64,000 nt of DNA from Dehalococcoidia bacterium. Its GTDB lineage: Bacteria > Chloroflexota > Dehalococcoidia > Lucifugimonadales > UBA1127. The stretch lies in contig OZ252225.1 in the NCBI GenBank assembly GCA_965249315.1, forward strand, positions 864,508 through 928,507, given 5' to 3'. A program made the translations under genes and the position numbers. Numbering within the stretch: the first letter of the stretch is position 1; every line of letters begins with the position of its first letter. Below, one piece after another: positions 60,265 to 64,000 of the stretch. Under the pieces are notes generated by a model. The model saw only the letters and a list, made by a program, of their open reading frames with translations. It searched no databases and had not been told where the DNA came from.

Positions 60265-60966
60265 TCATAGAATGCCTTCCATCCGTGCGAGGATGGGGTG
60301 TTCGGCCAGCCAAGCAACGATGACCGCAACATTCTGCATCGCGTCCGGGATATTGGCCTCATACACGTCCATGGCGGCGTGGTCCGCCATGTCGGAGATG
60401 CCCCGCACTTCTACGTAGGGGACGTCCGAGAAGGCTGCGGCCCTTGCTCCTCCAGCGCCCTCCCACGCAACCGCGAACGCGCCGGTACGGGCGTGGAGCG
60501 CACTTGCCCGAACCGGGTCGACGATGGCTTCGTCGCCGCTGGCGACCGGCGCGAAGTGCACCTGGAAGGGCGCCTGCAAGCCTTCCGTCATCTGCCGGAG
60601 GGCGGCAACGTGCGGCGGTGAGCCATCAAACGAGGGTGGCCGTGCGAAGTTCGGGTTGAAGTCGTGCTCCACCGTGGCTGTGCCGACCACGACGTCTCCG
60701 ACGCCCGCCCGGTCCGCCAGGGCTCCCGCCACACCTGCGCAGACCACCAGATCGACCGCCGGCAGACGGTCCAGCAGGTGGCCGGTGGTCACCGCGTACT
60801 GGACCTTGCCCAACCCTCCTCGTGCCAGGGTTACGCCCGCGGCCCGGCACTCGTGCACCTGAGCCCTCCCCACGGCACGCTTCTCAGGACTCCCCCAGCG
60901 CTGCTCGAACACCCTCGCGAGGCTGCTGAATTCTTCACGTATGGGCGTGACCACCAGCATCGCCAT
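60265..60966 (-). CDS. PNP_UDP_1-fold nucleosidase (MTA/SAH nucleosidase- or futalosine-hydrolase-like)
   Basis: 233 aa from ATG 60966 (GAGGGGGG upstream): GGLGKVQYAVTT, VVCAGVAGAL, FAVAWEGAGGA, VEVRGISDMAD. The remaining 151 aa of the 384-aa track ORF overlap the SBP gene and are rejected. Confidence 0.65.
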   Translation of the reverse strand: MAMLVVTPIREEFSSLARVFEQRWGSPEKRAVGRAQVHECRAAGVTLARGGLGKVQYAVTTGHLLDRLPAVDLVVCAGVAGALADRAGVGDVVVGTATVEHDFNPNFARPPSFDGSPPHVAALRQMTEGLQAPFQVHFAPVASGDEAIVDPVRASALHARTGAFAVAWEGAGGARAAAFSDVPYVEVRGISDMADHAAMDVYEANIPDAMQNVAVIVAWLAEHPILARMEGIL

Positions 60967-60976
60967 GGCGCCCCCC

Positions 60977-62674
60977 TCACTCACGCAGCCAGACGTCGTC
61001 CATGCGGTACTGGTTGTAGAGCATGTAGTCGAGGGCGCGCCAGCCACCCACCTCCTTGCGGGCGCCGTACAGGTAGATGCTGTAGTGGCCGACGACTCCG
61101 GGGACCACCTCTTCGAGGAGAAGGCGCTCCGCCTGCCGGGAGAGATCGCGGCGGCGGTCCGGGTCCAGCTCGCGGCGCTGGGCCTCCAGCAGCGCGTCCA
61201 CCGCGTCGTGCGTGGGGTAGTGGAGGAAGTTGGGCCCCTGGCTGTGGAAGGGGGCGTAGAGGACGCGAGTGGGATCGACCAAGTTGAAGGCGTTGCCGCC
61301 GATGCGGACGTCGAACTCCCCCCGAAGCATGCTCTGAATGCTGGCGGCGAACTCCACCGTCTCCACGTCCACGTCCAGGCCAAGCCGCTGCCACTGGTCC
61401 TGGAGGAAGAGGGCCGCATCGACCCAGAGGGGGACGTCGCCGCGAACGGTCACGGACGTCTGGAACCCGTCCGCCAGGCCGGCCTGCTCCAGCAGCTGTC
61501 GGGCGAGCGCCAAGTCCTGCGCCTTCGGCTGGCGGTAGCCTGCCAGGGCCTGTAGCTCGTCGTCGGGCAGCGCGAAGGGTGCGCCGGGCGGGCTGAGCCC
61601 TCCGAGGACGCCCGTGCCCTCGGGGCCGCCCGTGACGACGCGGAGGTAACCGGAGCGGTCCACCGCGAGGCTCAGGGCCTGGCGGACGCGGGGGTCGTCG
61701 AACGGGGGACGGGCGGCGTTGAAGAGGCCGCCGAGCCAGAAGGGCCCCCGCACCCGCTCCACGACGATGTCTTCGGCATAGTCGCTGCGCGCCTCCGCCG
61801 CCTGGGCGGCCGTCAGGCTGGGGCTGCCGTGGGCGGACATGTGCACCCGCCCGGTGACCAGGGCGCTGAACCGCGTCATGGGGTCTCGGATGATGAGGAA
61901 GTCGATGCCGTCCAGGTAGGGCTTCTCCGCGTCCCAGTAGTCCGGGTTGCGGCGCACACGGAAGGCCACGCCCGGCTCGTAGCTGTCGAAGACGAAGGGG
62001 CCCGTGCCCACCAGCGCCTCTGGGCTCGTGCGCAGGCCTCGGGGGTCCTCCGCCGTCTCACGCTCCATGACGTGCTTGGAGACGACCATGTAGTGGCCGC
62101 CTGCGAAGCTCCGGAGGAGGCTTTCCGTGGCGAACTCGGTGTTGAAGCGCACCGTGGCCGGGTCCGGCGCCTCGATGCCGGCGACGTGGAGGAAGGGGGA
62201 GCGCTCGCTGCTGAACAGGCCCTGCGGGGGATCGATGACCCGCTCGAAATGGGCCTTCACGTCGGCCGAGGTGAAGGGTTCGCCGTCGTGCCAGGCTACG
62301 TCGCTGCGAAGGGTGAAGGTCAGCTGGCGACCGTCGGGGGTGAGCTCCCAGCTTTCGGCCAGCTCGGGCGTCAGCGCCTCGCCGCCCTGCGGGTCGAAGC
62401 GCAGGAGCTGGGAGTAGACGGGGGCGATGAGGAAGACGGTGTTGATGGAGCTGTCCTGGACGGGGTCGAAGCCCGCGGGGTCTGTGGGGTGGGTGCGCTT
62501 CAGGATGCCGCCGGAGCGAGGCTCCGAGGGTGCGGCAACCTCCGTGGCGGCGGGGGAGGGCGACGCCGCGACCGGAGCAGGCGCGGTGGGCTCGGGCTCC
62601 GGGTCTGCGCAGGCGGCCAGCGCCAAGAGAGCCCCCACGAGGAGACCCCCCACGAGCGCGACGGACCTCCCCAT
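60977..62674 (-). CDS. ABC transporter substrate-binding lipoprotein, family 5
   Basis: Lipobox LALAAC, then a Pro/Ala/Glu-rich tether, then the SBP_bac_5-like body (SGGILKRTH..., [17 protein letters not shown]). Confidence 0.85.
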   Translation of the reverse strand: MGRSVALVGGLLVGALLALAACADPEPEPTAPAPVAASPSPAATEVAAPSEPRSGGILKRTHPTDPAGFDPVQDSSINTVFLIAPVYSQLLRFDPQGGEALTPELAESWELTPDGRQLTFTLRSDVAWHDGEPFTSADVKAHFERVIDPPQGLFSSERSPFLHVAGIEAPDPATVRFNTEFATESLLRSFAGGHYMVVSKHVMERETAEDPRGLRTSPEALVGTGPFVFDSYEPGVAFRVRRNPDYWDAEKPYLDGIDFLIIRDPMTRFSALVTGRVHMSAHGSPSLTAAQAAEARSDYAEDIVVERVRGPFWLGGLFNAARPPFDDPRVRQALSLAVDRSGYLRVVTGGPEGTGVLGGLSPPGAPFALPDDELQALAGYRQPKAQDLALARQLLEQAGLADGFQTSVTVRGDVPLWVDAALFLQDQWQRLGLDVDVETVEFAASIQSMLRGEFDVRIGGNAFNLVDPTRVLYAPFHSQGPNFLHYPTHDAVDALLEAQRRELDPDRRRDLSRQAERLLLEEVVPGVVGHYSIYLYGARKEVGGWRALDYMLYNQYRMDDVWLRE

Positions 62675-62772
62675 GCTCTTTCGCTCCCATGCCCGCAGAT
62701 TCCAGCGGCAACGCTCCGTGCTGAGTATTCTAGCGCATCGGCGGAGAGGGCAAACGGGGCGGCATGCCCCGG

Positions 62773-62792
62773 CTCTCTCCTCTGGGAGAGGG
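62773..62792. repeat. GC-rich palindromic intergenic element, clean copy (CTCTCC-tctg-GGAGAG)
   Basis: The sequence is ggCTCTCTCCtctgGGAGAGGGgc, with a 6-bp perfect core extendable to 8 bp using one G:U pair. It lies in the divergent gap between the SBP gene and the comM-like gene, so it is not a terminator here. Confidence 0.55.
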
Positions 62793-62804
62793 GCACGGCG
62801 CGCT

Positions 62805-62834
62805 TTGACGCTCTCTCGGGCAGGGCCGTATCAT
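62805..62834 (+). promoter_or_regulatory. Sigma70-type promoter for the comM/yifB-like gene (TTGACG-N18-TATCAT)
   Basis: cgctTTGACGctctctcgggcagggccgTATCATtgatg. It places +1 near 62841, which favours GTG 62864 over ATG 62837 as the start. Confidence 0.4.
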
Positions 62835-62863
62835 TGATGCAGCCTGTCTGGAAGCGGGGCAAC

Positions 62864-64000
62864 GTGCTGGCCAAGACTCTTTCCTGCGCGGTGGTGGGCC
62901 TGGAAGGGCGCACCGTGGCGGTCGAGGTAGACATCTCCTCCGGCCTACCCGCGTTTCACATCGTGGGCCTGGCGGACAAGGCGGTCCAGGAGGCCCGGGA
63001 GCGGGTTAGAGCAGCGATCCGCAACTCCGGCTGCGAGTTCCCGATGCGTCGCATTACAGTGAGTCTTGCCCCCGCCAACCTCAAGAAGGAGGGCCCCGCG
63101 TACGACCTGCCCATCGCCATGGGCATTCTGGTGAGCTCGGGCCAGATCGAGGCTGATCTCTCGCAGACAGTGTTCTTGGGAGAGCTCTCCCTGGACGGCA
63201 GCCTGCGCCACACGGCGGGCATCCTTCCGATGGTGGCCCTGGCCAGGGACGAGGGGTACACGCAGGTGTTCGTGCCCGCCGTGGACAGCGCCGAGGCCGC
63301 GCTGGTCGAAGGCGTGACGGTGCTCCCCGCCGAGTCGCTGACCCAGGTGGTGAGCCATCTGCGGGACGAGGTCTCGATGTCCCCATTCGAACGCAGCGCC
63401 GACGGCGCCTCCCCGGACCGCAGGGTGAACGGAGGGCCGAGCCTGGAGCACGTGAAGGGCCAGGAACATGCGAAGCGCGCCATGGAGGTCGCGGCGGCGG
63501 GTGGACACAACATCCTGCTGCTAGGCCCTCCCGGAAGCGGCAAGACCCTCCTTGCCCGCGCCCTCCCCTCCATCCTCCCGGCCATGATGTCCGACGAGTC
63601 GCTGGACCTGACCCGGATCTACAGCGTGGCCGGGCTTCTCCCGTCGGACACGCCGCTGGTCACGCAGCGCCCCTTCCGTTCCCCGCACTACACCACGTCG
63701 CACGCGGGGCTGGTGGGCGGCGGGCACTGGCCGCGACCGGGAGAGGTGACGCTGGCGCACCACGGGGTGCTGTTCCTGGACGAGCTGCCGGAGTTCGGAC
63801 AGAGCGTGCTAGAGGTCCTCCGGCAGCCCATGGAAGACAAGGTGGTGACCATCAGCCGGGCCCAGGGGAGCGTCACTTTCCCGGCCAACTTCATGCTGGT
63901 GGGGGCCATGAACCCATGCAGTTGCGGATGGTACGGGGACCCGCGCCGGACGTGCACCTGCGACTCTCGCACGGTGGCCCGCTACCGCAAGCGCATCTCC
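62864..64000 (+). CDS. comM: Mg-chelatase-like AAA+ ATPase YifB/ComM family (5' part; runs off the window end)
   Basis: My own translation gives (V)[88 protein letters not shown]..., then Walker [23 protein letters not shown] and LFLDELPEF. It is open to position 64000 and not in the ORF track because no stop is present. Confidence 0.8.
   Translation, partial: MLAKTLSCAVVGLEGRTVAVEVDISSGLPAFHIVGLADKAVQEARERVRAAIRNSGCEFPMRRITVSLAPANLKKEGPAYDLPIAMGILVSSGQIEADLSQTVFLGELSLDGSLRHTAGILPMVALARDEGYTQVFVPAVDSAEAALVEGVTVLPAESLTQVVSHLRDEVSMSPFERSADGASPDRRVNGGPSLEHVKGQEHAKRAMEVAAAGGHNILLLGPPGSGKTLLARALPSILPAMMSDESLDLTRIYSVAGLLPSDTPLVTQRPFRSPHYTTSHAGLVGGGHWPRPGEVTLAHHGVLFLDELPEFGQSVLEVLRQPMEDKVVTISRAQGSVTFPANFMLVGAMNPCSCGWYGDPRRTCTCDSRTVARYRKRIS

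Noticed and set aside
60967-61419. N-terminal 151 aa of the 384-aa track ORF (60265-61419) upstream of the nucleosidase domain.
   Set aside because: It overlaps the 3' end of the SBP gene in a different frame and has a Ser/Thr/Pro/Arg-rich non-homologous sequence. The nucleosidase fold begins at MAMLVVTPIREE with an SD just after the SBP stop.

Overview
About two-thirds G+C (hand counts on a few 60-nt lines give 63-70%). This is a densely coding bacterial chromosomal segment with about 50 genes and almost no unassigned space. I found no rRNA, tRNA, CRISPR array, IS element, integrase, phage gene, toxin-antitoxin pair or recognisable defence gene. Content is mostly core metabolism and information processing: purC, alaS, pyk, holB, lysA, a stand-alone rpoB-rpoC unit, pckA, a ROK glucokinase and an NDP-sugar pyrophosphorylase. 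Interleaved with these are: (i) a TetR-headed Opp/Dpp-type ABC importer with a fused double ATPase (4383-10985); (ii) a compact nine-gene hopanoid operon, FPP synthase-hpnH-hpnG-hpnA-shc-yjbQ-hpnC-hpnD-hpnE (30718-40495); (iii) a minus-strand run of four metal-hydrolase-superfamily genes plus a disulfide oxidoreductase and an AcsA-type ligase (45966-55188); (iv) a second Opp/Dpp-type importer with no ATPase genes, split by an opposite-strand ThrC-like/Ldh_2 pair and carrying a PNP-fold nucleosidase (56004-62674). The most system-like and least textbook items are the hopanoid operon with an embedded YjbQ gene, the ATPase-less split importer module, an orphan TPP-binding beta-type subunit coupled to a hydratase, a truncated RicT/YaaT stub coupled to holB, and a recurring CTCTCC-loop-GGAGAG palindromic intergenic element. 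I see no clear, entirely new multi-gene system such as a defence island. All family calls come from by-eye motif recognition on the supplied translations, with no database search, so they are hypotheses at family level. Many long ORFs in the track are antisense or alternate-frame artefacts of high GC and were rejected. Host lineage cannot be established from the sequence alone. Lipobox binding proteins with low-complexity tethers and the absence of an outer-membrane hopanoid exporter hint at a monoderm high-GC lineage.
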